Origin: an uncultured Candidatus Saccharibacteria bacterium
GTDB lineage: Bacteria > Patescibacteriota > Minisyncoccia > Phycocordibacterales > SBAW01
Length of the DNA stretch: 64,000 bases
Assembly (NCBI GenBank): GCA_964424235.1
Contig: CAYRHY010000001.1
Coordinates: 2,830-66,829 of the forward strand
Direction: 5' to 3'
The notes beneath the pieces are model-generated. The model was not told the DNA's origin, ran no database searches, and saw only the letters and a program-made list of their open reading frames with translations. This document shows positions 55,057-64,000 of this stretch, piece after piece. Position 1 is the stretch's first letter, and the number at the start of each line of letters is the position of its first letter. A program made the translations under genes and the position numbers.

Positions 55057-56315
55057 GACGCTTCATCCCCAAGAAAATTCTTTCGCTCTATCATCTTGCC
55101 TACGCGCTTGGGGGCTCATGGTGGTATAGCAACCCTTCAGCAAAACTCTGCGTAATAGGTGTCACCGGCACCAAGGGTAAATCGAGTGTCTCTGAATTGG
55201 TGCGCACCGTACTCGCGAGCGCCGGATACAAGGTGGCGCTCGCTTCAACTATCCACTTTCGCATAGGCGACGACATAGAGCCTAATCTCTACAAAATGAC
55301 TATGCCTGGCCGCGCACGGCTGCAAAAATTTATGCGCAAAGCAGTTGCCGCTGGATGCACCCACGCGGTTATTGAGATGACCTCCGAGGGCGCGAAGCAG
55401 TTTCGCCACAAAGGTATCGCGCTTGATGCACTCATTTTCACCAACCTACAGCCCGAACATATAGAGTCGCATGGCTCTATGGAAGCCTATGCTGCAGCCA
55501 AGTTTTCTCTTGCGAAAGGTTTAGTAGAATCACACAAGCGTCCACGCATTATTGTTGCAAACGCAGACGATGCGTACGGAGAAAAATTTCTTGATATACC
55601 AGTTGAGGTGAAGGTGCCTTTTTCTTTGCGTGAAGCAGAACCGTACAATGTTGATGATACGAGTGTGCGCTTTGTGTATCACAACGAAGTGTTCAGTGTG
55701 CCGCTGCCTGGACTTTTTAATTTACGCAATGTGCTTGCAGTGCTCGGACTCGGGAGTGCTCTTGGTATCGATATCAAAGTGATGAAGAAAGCACTTGAGC
55801 ATGTGGCTCCTATTAAAGGTCGCGCGGAGCGAGTTGAAGCGGGCCAGGATTTTACAGTCATAGTTGATTATGCACACACCCCCGACTCTCTTAAAGCATT
55901 GTTTGAAACATACCGAGGCAACAACCTCGATCGCCGCATTATTGTCCTCATGGGCTCAACTGGTGGCGGACGCGACCAGTGGAAGCGCCCAGAGATGGGT
56001 CGCATCGCCGATGAGTATTGTGACGTTGCAATTCTTGCAAATGAAGATCCTTATGACGAAAACCCGAACAAGATTTTGGGCGCCATAGCAGAAGGGTTTT
56101 CAGTGCATACGCCGCATATTGTTTTTGACAGACGCGAAGCTATCCGCGAAGCGCTGCGCCAAGCCTGCCCAGGAGACGTAGTATTACTCACTGGTAAAGG
56201 CACTGATCCATTCATTATGGGGCCTCATGGTTCTAAAGAGCCCTGGAGTGATAAGGGGGTTGCTGAAGAAGAGCTGCATAAGCTCCTAGGAAAGGTGGAG
56301 AATGCGGTAGAATAA
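55053..56315 (+). CDS. murE: Mur ligase family protein (MurE-like, lacks N-terminal domain)
   Basis: IGVTGTKGKSSVSEL (P-loop), DYAHTPDSL motif, C-terminal Mur ligase domain. Confidence 0.65.
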   Translation: MRRFIPKKILSLYHLAYALGGSWWYSNPSAKLCVIGVTGTKGKSSVSELVRTVLASAGYKVALASTIHFRIGDDIEPNLYKMTMPGRARLQKFMRKAVAAGCTHAVIEMTSEGAKQFRHKGIALDALIFTNLQPEHIESHGSMEAYAAAKFSLAKGLVESHKRPRIIVANADDAYGEKFLDIPVEVKVPFSLREAEPYNVDDTSVRFVYHNEVFSVPLPGLFNLRNVLAVLGLGSALGIDIKVMKKALEHVAPIKGRAERVEAGQDFTVIVDYAHTPDSLKALFETYRGNNLDRRIIVLMGSTGGGRDQWKRPEMGRIADEYCDVAILANEDPYDENPNKILGAIAEGFSVHTPHIVFDRREAIREALRQACPGDVVLLTGKGTDPFIMGPHGSKEPWSDKGVAEEELHKLLGKVENAVE

Positions 56316-56319
56316 AGGA

Positions 56320-56529
56320 GTGTCAGACACACCAAGTGCAGGATCAAGTCCGTGGGAACCAATCATCTTTACTATTGCGGTGATCGGTGTGTTGGTGGCA
56401 CTCATTTGGGTGCGTGGCGGTTTGAGTCAATTGAATACAGACGGGTTTTTTATTAACCCAACCACTCCCCTTATCGAGCAGCCACAAAATGTTCCTCAGC
56501 AAACTATTACTGATACTGCGACCACATAG
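56320..56529 (+). CDS. Small hypothetical membrane protein
   Basis: 69 aa, one TM helix. Confidence 0.25.
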   Translation: MSDTPSAGSSPWEPIIFTIAVIGVLVALIWVRGGLSQLNTDGFFINPTTPLIEQPQNVPQQTITDTATT

Positions 56530-56531
56530 CT

Positions 56532-56933
56532 ATGCTTAACCCCTTTCCTCATTTACTTGATTACGGTTTTTTCGTACCAACACTTATACGACTAGTACTG
56601 GTGGTCACGTCGATCTATGTTGCTCAATTTTTGGTACGTGAGCGTTCAAAACTTATAGGCATCAGGGTGCCTGTGGTGGGGACTATGCGCTCCTGGATGG
56701 TGTGGGCGTCGGTTGTTCTTCCACTCATACTTGCTGCTTGTCTTTTAGTTGGGTGGAACACCCAGTGGGCAGCAATCGTTGCGGCGCTCGTATTCCTCAA
56801 ACATCTTATCGGTACAAAAAATTACCAGGGTGTACTCCCTTTCCCCCCTTCAACGTACATACTTCTTATCATTCTTTCGCTTTCACTACTCCTGAGCGGT
56901 GCGGGCGCCTATGCGTTCGATCTTCCGCTTTAA
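56532..56933 (+). CDS. Hypothetical membrane protein
   Basis: 133 aa, 4 TM helices. Confidence 0.35.
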   Translation: MLNPFPHLLDYGFFVPTLIRLVLVVTSIYVAQFLVRERSKLIGIRVPVVGTMRSWMVWASVVLPLILAACLLVGWNTQWAAIVAALVFLKHLIGTKNYQGVLPFPPSTYILLIILSLSLLLSGAGAYAFDLPL

Positions 56934-56956
56934 GAAATTGCGTGTAGTATGGGCTC

Positions 56957-57442
56957 GTGATTCTTATTCTACACAACATCCGCAGTGTTCATAATGTAGG
57001 CTCAATATTCCGCAGCGCGGATGCGGCTGGCGTGTCAAAGATTATTCTCTCTGGCTATACCCCCACCCCCATCGATCGCTTTGGGCGAGAGCGCAGTGAC
57101 TTCTCAAAAGTGTCGCTCGGAGCTGAAAAAACAGTACCGTGGGTGTATGTAAAAACACTCGGTCACACCCTTAAAAAATTCCGCACTCAAAAGCATTTTA
57201 TCGCTGCCATAGAGCAAGACACCCACTCCCATAATCTTTTTACCTACACTCTTCCGCCCAGCATCACTGATGAAAAACTTATACTTCTCTTAGGCAACGA
57301 GGTGCGCGGTATTTCCAAACCCCTACTCCAGCACTGTGATGCAATTTTAGAGATCCCTATGCACGGGGAAAAAGAGTCACTTAATGTCTCAGTTACTGCC
57401 GGCATCGCCCTTTTTACCCTCAAGAACAAGAGCTCTATATAG
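56957..57442 (+). CDS. SpoU-class (TrmH family) RNA 2'-O-methyltransferase
   Basis: HNIRSVHNVGSIFRSADAAGV, LLGNEVRGISKPLL, IPMHGEKESLNVSVTAGIALF motifs of SPOUT methyltransferases. Confidence 0.75.
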   Translation: MILILHNIRSVHNVGSIFRSADAAGVSKIILSGYTPTPIDRFGRERSDFSKVSLGAEKTVPWVYVKTLGHTLKKFRTQKHFIAAIEQDTHSHNLFTYTLPPSITDEKLILLLGNEVRGISKPLLQHCDAILEIPMHGEKESLNVSVTAGIALFTLKNKSSI

Positions 57443-57515
57443 TCCGCCCAGTAGGATTCGAACCTACGACCGTCTCCTTAAAAGGGAGCTGCTCTACCGA
57501 CTGAGCTATAGGCGG
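57443..57515 (-). tRNA. tRNA-Lys (anticodon UUU)
   Basis: CCGCCTATAGCTCAGTCGGTAGAGCAGCTCCCTTTTAAGGAGACGGTCGTAGGTTCGAATCCTACTGGGCGGA; atypical C1:G72 first pair; anticodon loop CTTTTAA. Confidence 0.7.
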
Positions 57516-57565
57516 AAACATGAACACAGGCACTATACCAAAAACTGGGTATGTTTTGTAGTGAG

Positions 57566-58258
57566 TTATTTTTCTGGAGCAGGAACTGTGTAGATAGTGG
57601 GGCCCGTGAGATCCAGTGGTGTCTTACTAAACCCATTGCCCACCATGATGTGTATGGAGGAACCTGCGGGCAGGTTGAGTACATCACCTTCGTAGAGCGG
57701 CTCATCAATAACAGGCGCCTCACTCGTTGTGGAGCGCTGAAGCATCACTGGGCCAATAAACGACGAAACAGTTGCTACTACCGGATCGTTCACCGGCTCA
57801 AGTTTCTGCAGTGTTATGCTGCCAGCACAATCTACCGAATCCTTCCACTGCAGCGAACCCCCCATACCCACAATACGCCCCGTGAATGTCCCTTTATTCT
57901 GCCCGCCGATTGTAAAGCCTCCTTTGACTGCCCCATCAACAAATACGCTTCCCGTGACACCTGAACTCCCGACAGCACCAACGGTTCCAGATAAATCACC
58001 ATTATGAATGGTGATGGTGCCCACTGAATTAGTGCACTTGGCTATTTGTGACCACGATTGTGACGGATTAAAGGTGGCGCTCCAATGCCCTTCAAATTTC
58101 TCTAGATAGGGCAGATGTGCCTCAGATTTTGCTGTAAAGAACGTGTACACAAACTGACTCAGGTTCGGTGGTAAAAGATTCATCGAAAATGCCGCCATAA
58201 ATGCTATGCCCGCTATCACGAACAAAACGAAGGACATGAAGAAGAGTTTGTGTCCCAT
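57566..58258 (-). CDS. Membrane-anchored protein with bactofilin-like Gly/Val repeat region (polymer-forming cytoskeletal-like, tentative)
   Basis: 230 aa; N-terminal TM; GTVGAVGSSGVTGSVFVDGAVKGGFTIGGQNKGTFTGRIVGMGGSLQ repeat pattern. Confidence 0.35.
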   Translation of the reverse strand: MGHKLFFMSFVLFVIAGIAFMAAFSMNLLPPNLSQFVYTFFTAKSEAHLPYLEKFEGHWSATFNPSQSWSQIAKCTNSVGTITIHNGDLSGTVGAVGSSGVTGSVFVDGAVKGGFTIGGQNKGTFTGRIVGMGGSLQWKDSVDCAGSITLQKLEPVNDPVVATVSSFIGPVMLQRSTTSEAPVIDEPLYEGDVLNLPAGSSIHIMVGNGFSKTPLDLTGPTIYTVPAPEK

Positions 58259-58265
58259 ATGAAAA

Positions 58266-58886
58266 TTATAGCAGTAAAATAAATCGCTCTAAGAGTAGTC
58301 CTAGATCTCCAGCCCCACGGTGTGAGTCGTGATACAGGGAAACAAGTGTGCTTGAAAGATGCCGTAATTCTCCTTCAGTGTATACACCGCCACTGCCTGT
58401 AAAACTGCGTTTACTATAGAGGTCGCGCACTTTCCAATGCATAATCCCAGCCATCGCCTCTGGTACCACTCCTTCGCGCAACGCCTCCATAAACAATAAC
58501 CAGAGTTTCTTTTTATCTCTCGCAGCAAATGCGTAGGTTAACGCGAATATATTAAATGATTCTTTTTCTTCTTTCGCCTCTTTTTTAACTATAATAACTT
58601 CAGCCCCTGCTTTAGTAAGAAGATCTGTCGGCTTTTTTAGGAGCTTCTCTTCAATAAACACGAACAGATGTGGTGATTGCACAAATGGTTTTACGCTCTC
58701 CATAAATTCCTCGCCACGCACACTTCCTAAGGCGCCTGTGAGTTTGTACGCCTGTGTACCACCTAAGAGTGATGCGGTGGTGGCGAGAGAGAGTATTTCT
58801 TCGATCAAGAAGTTTTCCCACTGCAACTCTTCGAGTGGTTGTGGGGTTTTTTTGAGTGTTGCCCCACCAACAAGAACAGACATCAT
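58266..58886 (-). CDS. Hypothetical protein (possible DNA polymerase III delta-like remnant)
   Basis: 206 aa immediately downstream of polA; weak similarity pattern only. Confidence 0.3.
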   Translation of the reverse strand: MMSVLVGGATLKKTPQPLEELQWENFLIEEILSLATTASLLGGTQAYKLTGALGSVRGEEFMESVKPFVQSPHLFVFIEEKLLKKPTDLLTKAGAEVIIVKKEAKEEKESFNIFALTYAFAARDKKKLWLLFMEALREGVVPEAMAGIMHWKVRDLYSKRSFTGSGGVYTEGELRHLSSTLVSLYHDSHRGAGDLGLLLERFILLL

Positions 58887-61378
58887 AGCGGGAATTCTTC
58901 CATATCACCCCAATTAGGACCCTTCTTTCCTTCTGCTTTATAGGGGATGCTATCACGCTCTTCCTCAGAAACAACGTTCTCCATAATTTCTTTAATGTGT
59001 GGTGTATATGTTTTAATCACACTCTCCCTCATTTCAAACACCAGTTCGTCGTGCACTTGCAGTAGCATGTGTATATCTTCTCCCAGCTTTTCTTTTTCTA
59101 TCCACTGCGCAATCTCAACCATAGCAAGCTTCACAATATCTGCTTGGGTACCTTGAATTGGCGCGTTAATCGCCATGCGTTCAGCGGCCGCTTTTACGTA
59201 TGGTATCGATGATTTGATACCATCAAAATAGCGACGACGACCAAAGAATGTTTCGGTGTAACCCTGACGCGCCGCAGTAGCTTTGGTTTCATCAAGATAG
59301 GCGGCCAAGCGCGGGAACGCGGCGAAATATTGGTCATAAAATTCTTGCGCCTCTTTGCGGTTGGTGCCTAGTGCCTGTTGGAGCGAAGTTACGCCCATGC
59401 CGTAGAGGATGCCGAAGTTAATTACCTTTGCGCGGCGGCGCTGCTCATAACTGACCTCTGAGTCTTTGACGTGAAAGACGCGCGCGGCCACTTCGCGGTG
59501 AACGTCTCTGCCGCTGCGGAAAATTTCACTTAACGCCTCATCTCCCGAGAGAAACGCGGCGATGCGCAGCTCAATTTGCGAATAGTCGAAGGAGACCAGC
59601 TGCATACCCTCGCTTGGGACAAACGCGTGGCGAATTGCGCGCCCAAGATCAGTTTTGATAGGAATATTTTGCAAATTTGGATTTTGTGAGGCAAGGCGTC
59701 CGGTAGTAGTACCCGTCTGCACATACGAAGTGTGTAAACGATCTTCACCATCAAGTAGTGTTGGGATGGTATCGATATAGGTTGAAAGGAGTTTGGAGAG
59801 TTCGCGAAAACTTAAGATGTCGCCGATGATCGGGTGCAGCTCGCGCATCTTCTCGAGCTCTGACTCGCGCGTCGAGCGGGCACCGGTCGCTGTCTTCTTT
59901 TGGTTTTTGACCGAAAGGCCGAGCGTATCAAAGAGGATGTCACCCAACTGCTTGGGCGAGTTAATATTAAACTCCTCGCCCGCTGCGTCATAAATACGCT
60001 TCGCGATAGCATCAAGCTCTTTTCTATATTTTTTTGAAAGGTCGCTAAGAAACGCGCGGTCAATTTTCACGCCGCGCGCCTCCATCTTCCGGAGTACCGG
60101 GAACAGCGGCATCTCAATTTTTTCGTACACGAACGAAAGATCGCGCTTTTTAATCTCCGCAAGAATATTCTTTTTCGCTTCCTCAAAACTGTCGCTCTTC
60201 CCTACTCGGTAGATATCATCAAGCGTCGGCTGTGTGATGTTTGAGTCGAGCACCCATACCGCAATGCCGACTTTTTCGATTTCTTCTTTTGAAAGATTTT
60301 CGGTAGTGAACAAACCATCAGCCTCCGCAAACTCTTCCCTCCGAAAAGGTCCCTGCCTGCCGGCAGGCAGGCTCTGGTCCGCTTCATTTTCTTCAGGATG
60401 GAGGCGCTGCGCACTTGAAACCTTTTCAGAAGAAAGTTCCTGCGAAGCGCCCAATACTGTTTTAATTCTTGGAATAAGCGCACGGAACTCAAACTCTGAA
60501 AGTTTATGTACCACCTTTTTCACATCTACCTCTTCGCGCCAGGGTTTTTCTGGCAACTTAAAATCGATCGGTGCGTCGCGGCGGATTTCAGCCAGCCCTT
60601 TTGAAAAGAGCGCCGCCTCCTCGTTATCTAACACTAGCTGCGCGTAGCGCTTTTGAATCCCCGCCTCTTTCGCGACCGTCTCAACTCCTTTTTTCTTCAG
60701 CGCTGCAAAAATTTTTTCAAGCGGCCCGTAGGTTTGAATGAGTTTAATCGCGCTCACCTCACCCACGCCCGGCACGCCAGGGATGTTGTCTGACGCATCG
60801 CCACGTATCCCCTTAAAGTCGGTCACCAACTCTGGGCCAAAGCCATACTTCGCCTGCACGCCCTCTTCGTCATACATGACGATGTCGGTGAGCCCTTTGC
60901 GCTGTGCGAAGACACACACACGCTTCCCCTCAACGAGCTGCAGTGTATCCATGTCGCCTGAGGCGATAATAACGTTCAGATCTTTGTCACCTTTCGTCTC
61001 TTCGACAATAGTGCCAATCACATCGTCGGCCTCAAAACCTTTAGCGGAATAGAGCGGCACCCCTATTGCTTCGAGCACCTCTGGGATGCGCTTAATTTGG
61101 TGGAGGAGCGCCTCATCAATTTCTGCGCGCGTGCCCTTGTAGCCATCAAACGCTTCGTGACGGAAGGTCCCACCCGGCAAATCGTTTGCCGCGACAATAT
61201 AGTCGGGCTTAAGGTCATTGATGCTGCGAATAAGAATTGAAATAAGCCCGTAGAGCCCGCCCGTGGGCTCTCCCTTACTTGAGGAGAGCTCGGGTAGTGC
61301 ATGATACGCACGATGCAAAATAGCGTGCGTGTCGAGTATTACTAACTTTCTTTTCTCTCCCTTCCCCATTGCCCGCAT
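58883..61378 (-). CDS. polA: DNA polymerase I (5'-3' exonuclease + polymerase domains)
   Basis: 831 aa; FEN-like N-terminus (LVILDTHAILHRAYHAL, GFEADDVIGT), motif A DYSQIELRI, motif B RRRAKVINFGILYGMG, motif C LLQVHDELVFE. Confidence 0.9.
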   Translation of the reverse strand: MRAMGKGEKRKLVILDTHAILHRAYHALPELSSSKGEPTGGLYGLISILIRSINDLKPDYIVAANDLPGGTFRHEAFDGYKGTRAEIDEALLHQIKRIPEVLEAIGVPLYSAKGFEADDVIGTIVEETKGDKDLNVIIASGDMDTLQLVEGKRVCVFAQRKGLTDIVMYDEEGVQAKYGFGPELVTDFKGIRGDASDNIPGVPGVGEVSAIKLIQTYGPLEKIFAALKKKGVETVAKEAGIQKRYAQLVLDNEEAALFSKGLAEIRRDAPIDFKLPEKPWREEVDVKKVVHKLSEFEFRALIPRIKTVLGASQELSSEKVSSAQRLHPEENEADQSLPAGRQGPFRREEFAEADGLFTTENLSKEEIEKVGIAVWVLDSNITQPTLDDIYRVGKSDSFEEAKKNILAEIKKRDLSFVYEKIEMPLFPVLRKMEARGVKIDRAFLSDLSKKYRKELDAIAKRIYDAAGEEFNINSPKQLGDILFDTLGLSVKNQKKTATGARSTRESELEKMRELHPIIGDILSFRELSKLLSTYIDTIPTLLDGEDRLHTSYVQTGTTTGRLASQNPNLQNIPIKTDLGRAIRHAFVPSEGMQLVSFDYSQIELRIAAFLSGDEALSEIFRSGRDVHREVAARVFHVKDSEVSYEQRRRAKVINFGILYGMGVTSLQQALGTNRKEAQEFYDQYFAAFPRLAAYLDETKATAARQGYTETFFGRRRYFDGIKSSIPYVKAAAERMAINAPIQGTQADIVKLAMVEIAQWIEKEKLGEDIHMLLQVHDELVFEMRESVIKTYTPHIKEIMENVVSEEERDSIPYKAEGKKGPNWGDMEEFPL

Positions 61379-61403
61379 TCTACCACCCTAGGCTTTTTAG
61401 TGC

Positions 61404-61877
61404 TTACTGTATCTCTATATAGCGCTCATTAGTCTCTGTATTGTCTGCGGAAAAATTGAGGAGCAGGTCGGGGGTTGGGAGCACGCCCTCGACGCGCTCA
61501 GGCCATTCAATAACAACCAACGTGTGTGGATCATTCAAGAAGGTGTCGGGCCTCAGCGCCGCAAACTCTTCGGGTTTTTCAAATCGGTAGGCGTCGATGT
61601 GTACGAGCGAAGTGAAGCGCCCGAAGTTGATGTCGTAGCGCTTCATGATGACATAGGTTGGGCTTTGAATGTTCGCAGTAATACCAAGCTCTGCCCCTAG
61701 TGCCTGCACAAAAGTGGTCTTTCCAGCACCCAAATCACCACAAAGAGCCACAATTGTTGCTCTTTGTGGTGATTTGTCCCGAGCAGAGTCGAGGGATGAT
61801 CCGAGATCAAGAGACTGTATCTTCTCCAACACCCGCTTTGCAAATGTGGGCAGATCAGTTTTCGACACCTTTTCCAT
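61404..61877 (-). CDS. tsaE: tRNA threonylcarbamoyladenosine biosynthesis protein TsaE
   Basis: P-loop ALCGDLGAGKTTFVQALGAELGI, ...TYVIMKRY...LVHIDAYR; start taken at MEKVSKTDLP (ORF extends to 61994). Confidence 0.75.
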   Translation of the reverse strand: MEKVSKTDLPTFAKRVLEKIQSLDLGSSLDSARDKSPQRATIVALCGDLGAGKTTFVQALGAELGITANIQSPTYVIMKRYDINFGRFTSLVHIDAYRFEKPEEFAALRPDTFLNDPHTLVVIEWPERVEGVLPTPDLLLNFSADNTETNERYIEIQ

Positions 61878-61916
61878 ATATATAGAGAGTATCAAACTCG
61901 AGGTAGAATAAAAGTC

Positions 61917-63590
61917 ATGGTTACGTTTGGTGATGCGGAGCAAGAAAAGCGAATAGAGTTTCTCAAAAAGCGCGAGGAAGAAGAATTGGCCCAAGTACTG
62001 TCGCGCAAATATGGGGTCGAGTATGTCGACCTCTCGCTCATAGCGATTAATACCGACGCGCTACGCCTCTTGCCTGAAGCACGCGCAAAAGAGATCGAGG
62101 CTGTCGTTTTTGGCATGGTTGGTAAAAAACTCAGTCTCGCAGTGCGCGCACCTGAAAATCCAAAAGTGAAGGCGCTCGTGCAGGAATATACCGAGCGCGG
62201 CTACATTGTGACCGTCTACATGTGCTCCCAAGAGAGCCTTCAACGCGGCTGGGCGCGCTATGCCGACCTTAGCTACGCGACCGAGAGCAAGGCGGGTGTG
62301 TTTGAAATTTCAAATGAAGAAATTGAAAAACTCCTCGCCGAAGTAAAAAATATAGTTGATATCTCCACTCTTATTAAAGACGCGGTCGAGATGAAGCGCG
62401 CCTACCGCATCACGCGTATTCTTGAGGTCATTCTTGCAGGCGGCCTCTCCACTAGTGCCTCTGACGTCCACTTCGAACCCGAAGAGGCGGAGGTGAAGCT
62501 GCGCTATCGACTCGACGGCGTGTTGGTCGACGTGCTTTCGCTCGACCCTGAGACGTATCGCTTGGTACTCTCGCGCATGAAACTACTCTCCGGCATGAAG
62601 CTCAATATTACCGGCGAGGCGCAAGACGGCCGCTTTAGTATTAAGGTCAAAGGTGATGAGATCGAACTGCGCACCTCAGTTTTACCCGGCAACTACGGCG
62701 AGACGGTCGTATTGCGTATCCTCAATCCAAAATCTATTGCGGTGCCGCTGCAAGAACTTGGATTTGAACCAAAACTGCTGGAGCGACTACAAAAAGAAAT
62801 CGCACGCCCCAACGGTATGATCCTCACCACCGGCCCCACCGGCTCAGGTAAGACGACGACGCTGTATGCATTCTTGCGCCAAGTAAATAACCCGGGCACA
62901 AAAATAATTACCATTGAAGACCCGATCGAATATCACCTCCCTATCGTGCAGACGCAGGTAGAAAAAAATTATTCATTCGCTGAAGGCTTGCGCTCTGCAC
63001 TGCGCGCCGACCCAGACATCATCATGGTGGGTGAAATTCGTGATACTGAAGTAGCAACAACCGCCATTAACGCTGCCCTCACCGGCCACCTGGTATTCTC
63101 GACCCTGCACACCAACAACGCTGCGGGCACCTTCCCCCGGCTTATTGATTTGGGGGTGAGTGAGAAAGTCCTTTCCTCAGCAATTAACGTCGCAATGGCG
63201 CAGCGCTTGGTGCGCAAACTCTGCCAGACCTGTAAGGTGAAGCGCGCCGCGACTGAAGCGGAGCAAAAAATTATTGGTGCAGTACTCGCTGGTGTGGTTG
63301 ATACAACACTCCTCCCGCAAGAAACTCACGAACTATATGATGCTAAGCCTGAGGGTTGTGAGGTGTGTGGTAGTCGTGGCTATAAAGGTCGTGTTGGCAT
63401 CTTCGAGGCAATTTTTATGGATGCAGCAATTGAAGAGTTGTTACGCACCAAACCCTCCGAGCGAGAAATCGCTCACGCAGCAAAACCGCAAGGTATTCCC
63501 ACCATGCAGCAAGATGGTGTACTCAAAATACTCAAAGGCATCACTTCACTTGACGAATTAACACGCGTTATTGATTTAGAAGCGCGCTAA
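61917..63590 (+). CDS. Second PilB/GspE-family secretion ATPase paralogue
   Basis: 557 aa; Walker A ILTTGPTGSGKTTTLYAFL, Asp/His boxes, CQTC...CEVC tetracysteine. Confidence 0.8.
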   Translation: MVTFGDAEQEKRIEFLKKREEEELAQVLSRKYGVEYVDLSLIAINTDALRLLPEARAKEIEAVVFGMVGKKLSLAVRAPENPKVKALVQEYTERGYIVTVYMCSQESLQRGWARYADLSYATESKAGVFEISNEEIEKLLAEVKNIVDISTLIKDAVEMKRAYRITRILEVILAGGLSTSASDVHFEPEEAEVKLRYRLDGVLVDVLSLDPETYRLVLSRMKLLSGMKLNITGEAQDGRFSIKVKGDEIELRTSVLPGNYGETVVLRILNPKSIAVPLQELGFEPKLLERLQKEIARPNGMILTTGPTGSGKTTTLYAFLRQVNNPGTKIITIEDPIEYHLPIVQTQVEKNYSFAEGLRSALRADPDIIMVGEIRDTEVATTAINAALTGHLVFSTLHTNNAAGTFPRLIDLGVSEKVLSSAINVAMAQRLVRKLCQTCKVKRAATEAEQKIIGAVLAGVVDTTLLPQETHELYDAKPEGCEVCGSRGYKGRVGIFEAIFMDAAIEELLRTKPSEREIAHAAKPQGIPTMQQDGVLKILKGITSLDELTRVIDLEAR

Positions 63591-64000
63591 ACATCTTGGA
63601 ATAAAAAAAACGCGCTGCCAATCTTGCGCGTGCTGGGCTTACGTGTAAAGTGAGGAGAGTTGTGCAGCTCAAACGAATGAGTGCAAAAGAGAAATCGAGA
63701 AGACATATCTCTAAGCAATAGTATTTTTGACTTGCAAAAATACGGAGTACCGTCGCTGAGGATAATTTTCGCCGTATGCAAAAAAATGTATAGACCAAAA
63801 TGTCCTTGTAAAGGCTCCAAAACCCCGGATGAGGCTTATTGCTTAGAGGTATGTATGCTCGATAGCTGGTGCAAAAAATAAAACCCGTGCCTAAGCGGCG
63901 ATGGGCTACTAGTACGAGGGTAGCATACTATTATATATATGTCAAGCAATGAACCGGACGCACAATATTTAGACCAAACCCTGCGTCCAGCCTCCTGGGA

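Noticed and set aside
63591-64000. Possible pilin or small-peptide gene downstream of the second pilB (66-aa Cys-rich ORF 63681-63881)
   Set aside because: No prepilin N-terminal motif, no SD or promoter features; window ends before context can be assessed.

Overview
This 64 kb window looks like a chromosomal segment from a small-genome bacterium, probably a Patescibacteria/CPR lineage; Saccharibacteria-like is an inference from the cyoABCDE quinol oxidase, the type IV pilus genes, ~50% GC and weak Shine-Dalgarno use. Most genes sit on the minus strand and are housekeeping. They include aminoacyl-tRNA synthetases (glyQS, a type-2 ileS with an inserted histidine-phosphatase-like domain, argS) and recO, glyA, a dcd-like/tmk/thyX-like dTMP cluster and secE-nusG-rplK. 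Also present are mscL, the cyoABCDE bo3-type oxidase operon, rplS, an RluA-family pseudouridine synthase, pilB/pilC plus a pilV/W/X-like minor-pilin operon and two-component regulators. The last third holds ruvX, rpsT, ruvA, a murE-like ligase, a SpoU methyltransferase, polA, tsaE and a second pilB paralogue. I call seven tRNAs: His(GUG), Leu(GAG), Val(UAC), Arg(UCU), Ser(UGA), Lys(UUU) and a weaker Arg(GCG)-like element. The most unusual region is a ~4.2 kb, slightly GC-richer island at 49.9-54.1 kb between the Arg(GCG)-like tRNA and rpsT. It encodes a Rad3/XPD-type DinG-like Fe-S helicase and a 228-aa unknown protein with a glycine-rich C-terminal loop. Between them lies a 1.3 kb largely non-coding stretch that, read on the minus strand, contains three type-III hammerhead ribozymes with a complete catalytic core and compensatory helix changes. 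The same stretch carries a family of about eight divergent but isostructural hairpins (GGGUYGGRGAG-loop-CUCYCCGACAAC) whose G·U pairs form only on the minus strand. Other notable loci are a nitroreductase / PaaK-like / MccB-like E1 cluster under two-component control, and a secreted multidomain GH5 glycosidase sitting where rplA normally follows rplK.
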